Shown here: piece after piece, positions 11,686 through 19,850 of the stretch
Layout of the letters: every line of letters starts with the position of its first letter
Position numbering within the stretch: position 1 is the first letter of the stretch
Translations under genes and position numbers: made by a program
The notes under the pieces: generated by a model
Database searches by the model: none
Seen by the model: the letters and a program-made list of their open reading frames with translations, nothing else
What the model was told of the DNA's origin: nothing
NCBI GenBank assembly: GCA_003497135.1
Contig: DNKR01000049.1
Span: forward strand, 2,516 to 52,010
DNA: 49,495 nt
DNA from: Candidatus Uhrbacteria bacterium
Lineage (GTDB): Bacteria > Patescibacteriota > Patescibacteriia > UBA9934 > UBA9568
Direction: 5' to 3'

Positions 11686-12304
11686 CAGAGCCGTCGCAGG
11701 CAAACTTCTGGCTGAAAAGTTAAGTAAATACGCAAATGACAAATCTGTTATTGTTTTAGCGCTACCGAGAGGCGGGATCATAATCGCCAACGAGATCGCA
11801 AAAACATTAAACTGCGAACTTGATTTGGTAATAACTCGTAAAATCGGGGCGCCGGACAATCCTGAATTCGCTGTTTGCGTCGTTGACGAACAAGGAAACG
11901 AAACTTGCAACGAAATGGAACGCAAAAGAATAAACAGCGAGTGGTTCATGCAAGCAAAGAAAAACGAAATGACAGAAGCAAAAAGAAGAAGAGAGATTTA
12001 CAGATCCGGCCGCAAGGAATTGAATTTAGAAGGCAAAAAGGTAATTCTGGCAGACGACGGTATAGCAACCGGATTGACGATGCTTGGCGCAATCGAGCAA
12101 GTTCGCGCGCAAAAACCTAATAAAATAATAGTGGCTGTGCCGGTTTCACCGGACGACTCCGCAAAGCGCATTGATTCAATAGTTGATGAGTTTGTGTTTC
12201 TAAAAAAAGATTTGGAGTTTAAGAGCTCTGTCGGTTCGTATTATGATGAATTTCCGCAGGTTAGCGACGATGAAGTCATAAAAATAATGAAAAATTCAAT
12301 ATGA
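11672..12304 (+). CDS. Phosphoribosyltransferase-domain protein (type I PRT fold)
   Basis: AGKLLAEKL...VVLALPRGG and the PRPP loop VILADDGIATGLTM. ATG at 11672 was chosen. Confidence 0.8.
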   Translation: MEFRNRAVAGKLLAEKLSKYANDKSVIVLALPRGGIIIANEIAKTLNCELDLVITRKIGAPDNPEFAVCVVDEQGNETCNEMERKRINSEWFMQAKKNEMTEAKRRREIYRSGRKELNLEGKKVILADDGIATGLTMLGAIEQVRAQKPNKIIVAVPVSPDDSAKRIDSIVDEFVFLKKDLEFKSSVGSYYDEFPQVSDDEVIKIMKNSI

Positions 12305-13164
12305 TATTGTTTTATTCTGCAAATGCTTTGCACCTGCAAGACAAGCGTTCTGATATTAAAATTGCAAAGTATCAAAAAAGCTACTTTGCAAATTCAGAGA
12401 TTTCTTATCGCATATTAACGCAAATAAAGCACAAGGACACAACGCTTATGGCTTCAATCGGCTCTGAACCCGAAACATTTTTTGAGTTGCTTTCGCTTCA
12501 GCGCGCAATCAAAGAAAATTCAGCGGGAAAACATATTTTGATTGTTCCTTATTTCGCGTACGCAAGGCAAGACAGAAAAACCAAAAGCGGCGAAGCAAGT
12601 ATTGGAGTTATGCTCGCGGAAATGATCAGAAACACCAACCATGCGCATGTTTATGCCTTTGATGTACATTCTCGCGCAATTACAAGCAGACTTGGCGAGC
12701 AATTTACAAATATTTCCGTCTTGCCATTGTTTGCAAAAGAGTTAAAGCGAATTAATCCCGAAGTTATCGTTGCTCCTGACGAGGGTTCGCACGCAAGAGC
12801 AAAAGCGCTGGCAGAAATCCTTGGCACTCAAAATGTCGCTGTAATTGAAAAGTTCCGTCCAAAACCCAACACTGCTGTTGCAAAACGGATTCGCGGAGAG
12901 GTCAGCGGCCTTAATGCTCTAATTGTTGATGACATGATAGACACTGGCGGGACTGCCATAGCGTGCGTTAATATGTTAAAAAAACACAATGCTGCCAGTG
13001 TTTCAATTGCGGCCACTCATGGAATTTTTAGCGATAACGCGATTGAAAAACTTTTAAAAACAGGCGTTCGCGAAATTATAACAACAAACACGTTGTTGCA
13101 AAAAAAACATGCGAAAGTAAAAGTTGTAGACATTCGTCAAACAATACATAACTTGTTTGTATAA
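12301..13164 (+). CDS. prs: Ribose-phosphate pyrophosphokinase (PRPP synthetase)
   Basis: VPYFAYARQDRK, APDEGS and LIVDDMIDTGGT motifs. ATGA overlap with the upstream PRT gene. Confidence 0.9.
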   Translation: MILFYSANALHLQDKRSDIKIAKYQKSYFANSEISYRILTQIKHKDTTLMASIGSEPETFFELLSLQRAIKENSAGKHILIVPYFAYARQDRKTKSGEASIGVMLAEMIRNTNHAHVYAFDVHSRAITSRLGEQFTNISVLPLFAKELKRINPEVIVAPDEGSHARAKALAEILGTQNVAVIEKFRPKPNTAVAKRIRGEVSGLNALIVDDMIDTGGTAIACVNMLKKHNAASVSIAATHGIFSDNAIEKLLKTGVREIITTNTLLQKKHAKVKVVDIRQTIHNLFV

Positions 13165-13165
13165 T

Positions 13166-15103
13166 ATGAAAAATGGCAATAATTTTGAATTTTCGCCATT
13201 TTTTGAAGAACAAGGACGCGAAATGTTTATTAATCGTGACAACGCGCCTGTTGATACAAGAAACGATTCTGACAGTGGATTTTCATCAGGATCTTTTTTG
13301 GGTGTCACATTTTCTTCAAAGCGGTACAGGTTGGCATTTATTTTGCTTTCCGTGATTTTTTTAACGCTATTGTTCCAATCGTTTAAGCTTCAAATTTTAA
13401 AAGGCGATTATTATGCGTCTCTTGCGGATAATAATAGAATCAGAACGAACATTCTGCTTGCAAAACGCGGGGAAATATATGATAGAAACGGCGTGCTTTT
13501 AGCTGGCAATGTCGCGAGCTTTGACGGAATTTTATCTCCATCAAAGCTTCCAAGTGACGAAAGCGGGCGTGATGGCGTATTACAAAAGATTTCTGATTTA
13601 ACATCTGTCCCAAAAGCTGAAATTGATTCTTTAATGCTTGAGTATTCAGATTCAAGGAACGAAAATATTATTTTGACTAAAGAACTCTCTTACGAAAGCG
13701 CTCTTTTGGCCGCTATTCAGTCAGCGGAATTGCCTGGTTTTATTGTTGATAGCGGAACAAAACGGCTTTATGCGACAGATATTGCAAAAAGTTTGTCTCA
13801 TGTTTTGGGTTATGTTAGCAGTATTTCGCTTGATGAATTTAATGACATGAAAACAAGCGGCTACCTTCGAACTGACACGATAGGCAAACAGGGATTGGAA
13901 AAATATTATGAAACAATTTTACGAGGAAAGTACGGCAAAAAGTCAATTGAAATAAACGCTTTTAATGAAGAAAAAACAATACTGGTTGAAGAAAAGCCGG
14001 TACACGGAGCAAATATAATATTGTCAATTGACACGGAACTCCAATCTGAAATAGAAAAGATTCTAGACAAAAGGATTGGAAAGGGCGGGCCGCAAAAACA
14101 AAGCGTTATTGCGCTAGACCCAAACACAGGCAATCTGCTAGCGCTTATTTCAAGACCGAGTTTTGATTCTAATTCTTTTACAAAAAGAATGAACGAACTG
14201 GAATACAAAATATATACAGAGGACGAAAACAAACCAATGTTTCCTCGTGCTATTTTGGGCGAGTTTCCGCCAGGGTCAACATTCAAGCCCATTGTAGCTT
14301 CTGCTGCGCTTGCAGAGGGAATAATAAACGAATGGACTTCCATATCATCAGTTGGCGGAATTGCTGTTTCAAAATGGTTTTTTCCTGATTGGAAATCCGG
14401 CGGCCACGGCCCGACCAACGTAAAAAAAGCAATATCAGAATCAGTAAACACTTTTTTTTACTATATCGGCGGGGGATACGAATCGTTTAACGGGCTTGGC
14501 GTGTCTAAAATTTCAGAATATGCAAAAAAATTCGGACTTGGTTCCTTGACCGGGATCGACCTTCCAAATGAATCAAGCGGTTTTATACCATCGGAAGAAT
14601 GGAAAATGAAAGAAAAAAACGAACAATGGTATATTGGCGACACGTATCACTATGCTATTGGCCAAGGCGATATACTAGTTACTCCGCTACAAATAGCAAA
14701 TGCAACTGCTGTAATTGCAAACGGCGGCACTTTGTATAAACCTCGGCTCGTTGAAAGAATAAGCGGACCTGATTACAATGAAGAAATACTTCCGATTGCA
14801 ACCAACGAAAAAATCATTTCAAACAAAATTTTACAAATAATAAAAGAAGGAATGCGCCAAACAGTTGTATCTGGAAGCGCACAAATGCTAAACAGTCTTG
14901 TTAAGCCTGTCGCTGGAAAAACAGGAACAGCAGAGTGGAGCAGCGAAAAACTTCCGCATGCGTGGTTCACTAGTTTTGGTCCGTATAATGAGCCGGAAAT
15001 AGTTGTAACGGTTCTTGTAGAAGAAGCAGGTGAGGGGTCGTCTGTTGCAGTTCCGATTGCTTATGATATTTATTCATGGTGGTTTGAAAACAGAAGCGAA
15101 TAA
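13166..15103 (+). CDS. mrdA: Penicillin-binding protein 2 (elongasome transpeptidase)
   Basis: N-terminal TM, RG.IYDRNGVLLA, the active-site STFK (PGSTFKPI), and KTGTAE. ATG at 13166 is preferred over the TTG at 13157. Confidence 0.92.
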   Translation: MKNGNNFEFSPFFEEQGREMFINRDNAPVDTRNDSDSGFSSGSFLGVTFSSKRYRLAFILLSVIFLTLLFQSFKLQILKGDYYASLADNNRIRTNILLAKRGEIYDRNGVLLAGNVASFDGILSPSKLPSDESGRDGVLQKISDLTSVPKAEIDSLMLEYSDSRNENIILTKELSYESALLAAIQSAELPGFIVDSGTKRLYATDIAKSLSHVLGYVSSISLDEFNDMKTSGYLRTDTIGKQGLEKYYETILRGKYGKKSIEINAFNEEKTILVEEKPVHGANIILSIDTELQSEIEKILDKRIGKGGPQKQSVIALDPNTGNLLALISRPSFDSNSFTKRMNELEYKIYTEDENKPMFPRAILGEFPPGSTFKPIVASAALAEGIINEWTSISSVGGIAVSKWFFPDWKSGGHGPTNVKKAISESVNTFFYYIGGGYESFNGLGVSKISEYAKKFGLGSLTGIDLPNESSGFIPSEEWKMKEKNEQWYIGDTYHYAIGQGDILVTPLQIANATAVIANGGTLYKPRLVERISGPDYNEEILPIATNEKIISNKILQIIKEGMRQTVVSGSAQMLNSLVKPVAGKTGTAEWSSEKLPHAWFTSFGPYNEPEIVVTVLVEEAGEGSSVAVPIAYDIYSWWFENRSE

Positions 15104-15110
15104 AATTCTT

Positions 15111-15134
15111 CCCGCCAAGCGCAAAGCCGGCGGG
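15111..15134. terminator. GC-rich hairpin between convergent mrdA and the 87-aa gene (CCCGCC...GGCGGG)
   Basis: 6-bp GC stem plus 2 inner pairs. Only a weak T-run follows, and only on the minus-strand side. Confidence 0.45.
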
Positions 15135-15139
15135 ATAAG

Positions 15140-15403
15140 TCACATCGTCTCAAATGCGCCTGTTTTTCTAATATGGTCATAGCCGTGCACGTGCAGTCTT
15201 TTTGTTTTCTCGCGCGATGTTCTTTTATCTAGCAGAATGCTGAATTCAGAGCGTTCATGTGTTTCAATAATATGCCCGCTTGCGTGTATGCGCACTACAC
15301 TGTTTGAATGTGCAGTGGATGCTACGCATAATTGAAACTCAATGCGTTTACCGGGCTTTATTTCACCCCATTCCGGACCATTACACAGAGTACCTGTTTT
15401 CAT
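15140..15403 (-). CDS. Hypothetical 87-aa His-rich protein with its own promoter and a strong Shine-Dalgarno site
   Basis: AAGGAGG lies 9 nt upstream of the ATG, and a near-consensus promoter lies upstream of that. No family was recognised. Confidence 0.65.
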   Translation of the reverse strand: MKTGTLCNGPEWGEIKPGKRIEFQLCVASTAHSNSVVRIHASGHIIETHERSEFSILLDKRTSREKTKRLHVHGYDHIRKTGAFETM

Positions 15404-15434
15404 TTTACGACGCCTCCTTTTTGCGTGTTGGCGA

Positions 15435-15463
15435 GTTATACAGCATTAAATATTTTTTGTCAA
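15435..15463 (-). promoter_or_regulatory. Near-consensus sigma70 promoter (TTGACA-17 nt-TATAAC) for the 87-aa gene
   Basis: Minus-strand reading: TTGACA (15463-15458), a 17-nt spacer, TATAAC (15440-15435), then the SD-containing leader. Confidence 0.6.
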
Positions 15464-15566
15464 TCGTATGTGCAGGCAACCGCTTATAAAAGCGGTAAAC
15501 ATAGCTAAGAAATCAATTTTTGTACAGGTGGTGTAAAAAACGCGTCCAGTACATTTTGTGATTTTT

Positions 15567-15595
15567 TTGGCTAGCACCAGTATTTCTGCTATACT
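15567..15595 (+). promoter_or_regulatory. Sigma70-like promoter TTGGCT-17 nt-TATACT, with the -10 ending 8 nt before the ATG at 15604 (leaderless-type)
   Basis: Hexamers and spacing were read directly. Confidence 0.5.
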
Positions 15596-15603
15596 TATTC
15601 CAT

Positions 15604-15831
15604 ATGACAGAATACATAACATTTGATCAAGAAGCCCTTTGGGCTGAAATCGCAGAGCAATGTGCAAGCGAGGGCGTTGCTACACAAGAGTCTTTTAATG
15701 AAATGGTTGACGAAATAGTAAACGAGCGGCTTGGTGTCGGTGAATTGTCTCCTGATCAAAACATTGACAGGATAATTGAATCGTTTAAGCAACGATGGCC
15801 AAGGTACCAGCAAGAATCCGGCCAGCTATGA
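15604..15831 (+). CDS. Hypothetical small acidic protein (75 aa), translationally coupled to the beta-CASP gene
   Basis: Its stop TGA overlaps the ATG at 15828 (ATGA). It is helical and acidic in composition. No family was recognised. Confidence 0.6.
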   Translation: MTEYITFDQEALWAEIAEQCASEGVATQESFNEMVDEIVNERLGVGELSPDQNIDRIIESFKQRWPRYQQESGQL

Positions 15832-17174
15832 AATTGACATTTTTGGGTTCAACTGATGAGGTGACTGGTTCAAGATATTTGCTTGAGACAGAAAAAGCTC
15901 GCATTTTGATTGACTGCGGGCTTTTTCAATCAGAAAAATGCTGTGAAGCAAATAACGCAGAGCCAATGGGTTTTGATGCCTCAAAGCTAGACGCGGTTTT
16001 TTTAACGCACGCTCACGCTGATCATAGCGGACTTTTGCCGCGGCTTGTAAAAGAAGGATATGCAGGGGCGATTTACATGACTGAGCCGACAATCGGTTTA
16101 ACAAAGTTGATTCTGGATGATTCATACGAAATAATGTCAGAGCAAGCAGAAGAACAAGGCGAAGATGTCCTCTATTCTGAATCTGATCTAGAAAGCACAT
16201 ACAAACTGTTTCACAGCGCAAATTATCATGAACAAATTTCTGTTAAAGACGCGACTGTTATGTTTCATGACGCGGGCCATATTTTAGGTTCAGCTTTTGC
16301 AAGCGTTCGTGCAAACGGAAAGTGTATAGTATTCTCCGGCGACATCGGCAACGCGAATGTGCCTATTCTGCCTGAAACAGAACGAATTTCAGAGGCAGAC
16401 GCTATTGTGTGCGAATCAACATACGGACATAGAGTGCACGAATCAGTAGAACAGCGAAACGACATTTTGCAAGCTGTTATTAAAGAATCGGTTTTTAAAA
16501 ATGGAGTTTTGCTAATTCCATCGTTTTCCATTGAACGAACGCAGGAGCTTTTATATGCAATAAACCAAATTCTAAAGAATTTTAAAACAGATGTGCCGAT
16601 ATATTTGGACAGCCCGATGGCAATAAAGGCAACAGAACTATACAGGCACTACCAGCAATATTTGCTTTTTGATTCGCCGATTCTTCAAGAGCCGGATCGC
16701 GACTTTTTTTCTTTTCCTAATTTGCGCGAAACAATTAAAAAAGACGAATCAAAAACAATTAACGAAGCGCCAAAGCCAAAAATTATTATAGCCGGAAGCG
16801 GAATGATGAACGGCGGCAGAATTTTGCATCATCTTGTAAGATATTTACAAGATGCAAACTCAACCGTTCTAATTATCGGTTTTCAGGCAAAAGGAACGCT
16901 CGGACGCAAAATATACGAAGGCGCAAAACGCGTAAATATTCTAGGAAAAGATTTATCTGTACGCGCGCAAATCAAAGCAATTGGGGCTTTTAGCGCCCAC
17001 GCGGATCAGGCAAAGCTTACAGAATGGCTGATGCCTGAATCAGGTGTTCATGCAAAACAAATATTCCTTGTGCATGGCGAACCTGATGTCAAACAAATTT
17101 TCCAAACGCACCTAAGGCACAATCTAAAAAGCGAAATATTAATTCCAAAGTTCAACCAAACTTTTACTATTTAG
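15828..17174 (+). CDS. Metallo-beta-lactamase / beta-CASP family ribonuclease (RNase J / CPSF73-like)
   Basis: MKLTFLGSTDEVTGS, ILIDCG, and the HxHxDH motif THAHADHSG. The C-terminus matches beta-CASP (ESTYG, GFSAHAD, LVHGE). Confidence 0.88.
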   Translation: MKLTFLGSTDEVTGSRYLLETEKARILIDCGLFQSEKCCEANNAEPMGFDASKLDAVFLTHAHADHSGLLPRLVKEGYAGAIYMTEPTIGLTKLILDDSYEIMSEQAEEQGEDVLYSESDLESTYKLFHSANYHEQISVKDATVMFHDAGHILGSAFASVRANGKCIVFSGDIGNANVPILPETERISEADAIVCESTYGHRVHESVEQRNDILQAVIKESVFKNGVLLIPSFSIERTQELLYAINQILKNFKTDVPIYLDSPMAIKATELYRHYQQYLLFDSPILQEPDRDFFSFPNLRETIKKDESKTINEAPKPKIIIAGSGMMNGGRILHHLVRYLQDANSTVLIIGFQAKGTLGRKIYEGAKRVNILGKDLSVRAQIKAIGAFSAHADQAKLTEWLMPESGVHAKQIFLVHGEPDVKQIFQTHLRHNLKSEILIPKFNQTFTI

Positions 17175-17736
17175 CGCAATTTTCGTCTATCTCTTGTTTT
17201 GTGCTTGTTAAAAACGGATCGCCTGAACACGAGATTATTGCGACGATTGTCTCATTTTTTGGCAAAATGTGAACTTTCTTATCAGCAACAAATCGTACAA
17301 ATTCCAATGATCCGTTTAATAGGCGTACAAAAGTTTTTGGAGAGCTAATTAGAACAGGCCTTTCCGCGCTTTCTGGATTAGAAACAAGTACGCGTCCCGA
17401 AGGAACATAAATTTCTATCCCGTCACTGTTCATTTGCTTATATTCAACATCAGTGTTTTCATCAAGAATAAACTCAGCAGTTCCGACGAACACAAACGCT
17501 GATGAATTTTTGTATGTCTTAATTGTCTCGCCTCTGTGAATTTCTGCGTTCTGAATTAACATGCGCTCTCCGGCATTGCTGAATATAATCCCACTGCCGA
17601 TAACATTACTGATTGTTCCGGTAATATTTTTTGCAATTCCGTTACCTCCGACAAAACGCAAGTCAAATCGCACACTTACAAGCAAAACAAAACACGCTGA
17701 CACAAGACCGAATGCCAACAAGTTTTTAATTGTCAT
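17167..17736 (-). CDS. Membrane-anchored FecR-domain-like protein
   Basis: N-terminal TM, then a beta-rich domain with a FecR-like pattern (IHRGETIKTYKNSSAFVFVGTAEFILDENTDV). ATG at 17736 forms an ATGA overlap with the era stop. Confidence 0.55.
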   Translation of the reverse strand: MTIKNLLAFGLVSACFVLLVSVRFDLRFVGGNGIAKNITGTISNVIGSGIIFSNAGERMLIQNAEIHRGETIKTYKNSSAFVFVGTAEFILDENTDVEYKQMNSDGIEIYVPSGRVLVSNPESAERPVLISSPKTFVRLLNGSLEFVRFVADKKVHILPKNETIVAIISCSGDPFLTSTKQEIDENCAK

Positions 17737-18599
17737 AAGTTTCCAACCCATCCCGGTCGGTGTTCAACATTTAGATCAAGGTAGATCTTTTTTCCCATTA
17801 CCGGCTCAAGCTCGCGCCGTGTTGACTGTCCGATTTCTTTAATTCCTCTTCCTCCGGCCCCAATAATCATGCTTTTGTGCCTTAAATTGTTGGTTAAAAT
17901 CGTGGCTTTAATGTACAAAACTCCATTTTCGCGTTCATTTATTTCTTCAACCTCCACATGTGTTGAGTAGGGAACTTCTTCGTGCAAGCGCAAAAAAAGT
18001 TTTTCTCTTATCAGTTCCGCAATCCACATTTCTGTCGGCAGATTCGTTATCTGGTACTTTGGATATAAAAATTCGCCTTCAGGCAAAAAGTCAAAAAGCT
18101 TGTTTTTTAATAATCCGAGATTTTTTCCATGTAGAGCAGATACCTCTATCATGTCGTCAAACAATCCTGACTCATCCTTATAAAAATCAAGATACGGCCG
18201 TTCTTTTTCATCAAGCTTGTTGAGCACCAAAATTTTAGGAACTTTTATCGGTTCAATCATGCGAAGCAGGGCGCGCTCTTCCTCGCCGATGTCTCTTGTT
18301 GGATCGGCAACATAAACAATTATCTGAATATCTTGCAATGATTGTTTTACAAAATCGGCAAGTTTTTTTGTAAGAGGATCACGCGCTTTTTTTAACAATC
18401 CAGGAGTATCAACAAAAACAATCTGTCCTCGGTCATCTGTGAGTATGCCTTGAATTGGCATTCTTGTTGTTTGAGGTTTTGGGGATGTTATTGAAAGCTT
18501 TGTCCCAATAATCGCATTTAACAGCGTTGACTTGCCGGCGTTTGATCTTCCTATCAAAACAGCAATGCCTGATTTGAGTTTATTTTCTTTTTCTGACAT
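17733..18599 (-). CDS. era: GTPase Era
   Basis: G1 GRSNAGKST, G3 DTPG, G4 NKLD, and a C-terminal KH domain (IIGAGGRGIKEIG). Confidence 0.95.
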   Translation of the reverse strand: MSEKENKLKSGIAVLIGRSNAGKSTLLNAIIGTKLSITSPKPQTTRMPIQGILTDDRGQIVFVDTPGLLKKARDPLTKKLADFVKQSLQDIQIIVYVADPTRDIGEEERALLRMIEPIKVPKILVLNKLDEKERPYLDFYKDESGLFDDMIEVSALHGKNLGLLKNKLFDFLPEGEFLYPKYQITNLPTEMWIAELIREKLFLRLHEEVPYSTHVEVEEINERENGVLYIKATILTNNLRHKSMIIGAGGRGIKEIGQSTRRELEPVMGKKIYLDLNVEHRPGWVGNL

Positions 18600-18642
18600 A
18601 TTGATATGTATATTAACGGATTTTGGAATAATTACAAGTATT

Positions 18643-19128
18643 ATGAATAAAACGGCAAACGATGAAATGCGCTTGGTTGTACTAGCTCACAACATACGAT
18701 CAATGCATAATGTCGGTTCAATATTCAGAAGTTCAGAGTGTTTTGGGGTGGAAAAAATTTATCTGACCGGCTACACAGCTTGCCCGCCAAGGCGCGAAAT
18801 AAACAAAGTAGCTCTTGGCGCCGAAGATATTGTCCGTTGGGAATATTCGCAAGAGATGTTGCCGCTAATTTTGGAATTAAAAAAATCCGGATATGAAATA
18901 GTAGCGCTGGAGACAACAAAGGACTCTGTTTCAATATCAGATGCTGCTTTTAGCGGACGGGTGGCGCTAATTCTTGGTAATGAAGTAAATGGAATAGAAA
19001 CTGATATATTGGCATTATCTGACAAGGTTGCGCACATAGAAATGAAAGGAAAAAAATCATCGCTTAATGTGTCGGTTGCGGCCGGAATAGCAATGTATGC
19101 GCTGCTGTGTAAAAGTAATAAAAAGTGA
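18643..19128 (+). CDS. SpoU/TrmH-family RNA 2'-O-methyltransferase
   Basis: HNVGSIFRSSECFG, ALILGNEVNGI and LNVSVAAGIAMY are the SPOUT motifs. Confidence 0.85.
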   Translation: MNKTANDEMRLVVLAHNIRSMHNVGSIFRSSECFGVEKIYLTGYTACPPRREINKVALGAEDIVRWEYSQEMLPLILELKKSGYEIVALETTKDSVSISDAAFSGRVALILGNEVNGIETDILALSDKVAHIEMKGKKSSLNVSVAAGIAMYALLCKSNKK

Positions 19129-19142
19129 TAATATATTAATGT

Positions 19143-19847
19143 ATGCTTTCAATTATTATCCCAGCCAAAGACGAGGGTGATACATTACCTAAACTGTTTG
19201 AACTTTTAAAATTACAGACAGTTTCACCGTATGAAATAATTATTGCTGACGCAAACTCAACCGACAGAACACGCGAGGTTGCTCTAAGCTATGGTGCAAT
19301 GGTTGTTGGCGGGGGCCTTCCTGGTCCAGGCAGAAACAAAGGCGCAAAAGCTGCAAATGGGGACACGCTCTTGTTTTTTGACGCAGATGTTGAGCCGCGA
19401 GATCCTCAATTTTTAGAAAAAGCTTTAAATGAATTCAAAAACATGGGATTGGACATTGCAACATGCGATTTGGTTCCAATAACTTCGCACAATACAGACA
19501 AGTTTTTACATTTGCTGTATAATAGCTATGCAAAATTGTGCGGGTCAAAATTAGCTCATGCAGCTGGGAATTGCATATTTGTAAAAAAGGACATGCACGA
19601 CAAAATCAACGGTTTTGATGAAAGCGTTATCTTTGCAGAGGATCATTCATACGCGATGAAAGCTGCAAAAATCGGAAACTTTGGAATCTTGCGAAGCGTA
19701 AAATTGCATGTATCAACAAGAAGGTTTGACAGGGATGGCCGTTTTAAAACAGCGATTAAAATGATCCTTGCTGAACTACACTTAATATTTTTAGGACCAA
19801 TAAAACATAACTTATTTAATTATACTTTCGGGTACGACAAAAAATAA
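19143..19847 (+). CDS. Family 2 glycosyltransferase
   Basis: SIIIPAKDE, IIIADANSTDRT and FFDADV (DxD) indicate a GT-A fold. Confidence 0.8.
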   Translation: MLSIIIPAKDEGDTLPKLFELLKLQTVSPYEIIIADANSTDRTREVALSYGAMVVGGGLPGPGRNKGAKAANGDTLLFFDADVEPRDPQFLEKALNEFKNMGLDIATCDLVPITSHNTDKFLHLLYNSYAKLCGSKLAHAAGNCIFVKKDMHDKINGFDESVIFAEDHSYAMKAAKIGNFGILRSVKLHVSTRRFDRDGRFKTAIKMILAELHLIFLGPIKHNLFNYTFGYDKK

Positions 19848-19850
19848 AAT

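Noticed and set aside
15479-15496. Hairpin ACCGCTT-ataa-AAGCGGT in the divergent intergenic region, considered as a terminator or sRNA.
   Set aside because: No T-tract follows it on either strand, and it lies between two divergent promoters. There is too little evidence to call a function.
17733-17736. Alternative genetic code (UGA reassigned, as in some CPR lineages).
   Set aside because: TGA terminates several well-defined genes exactly at their conserved C-termini, and it forms ATGA stop/start overlaps (era, helicase, gltX, priA). The standard code 11 fits.
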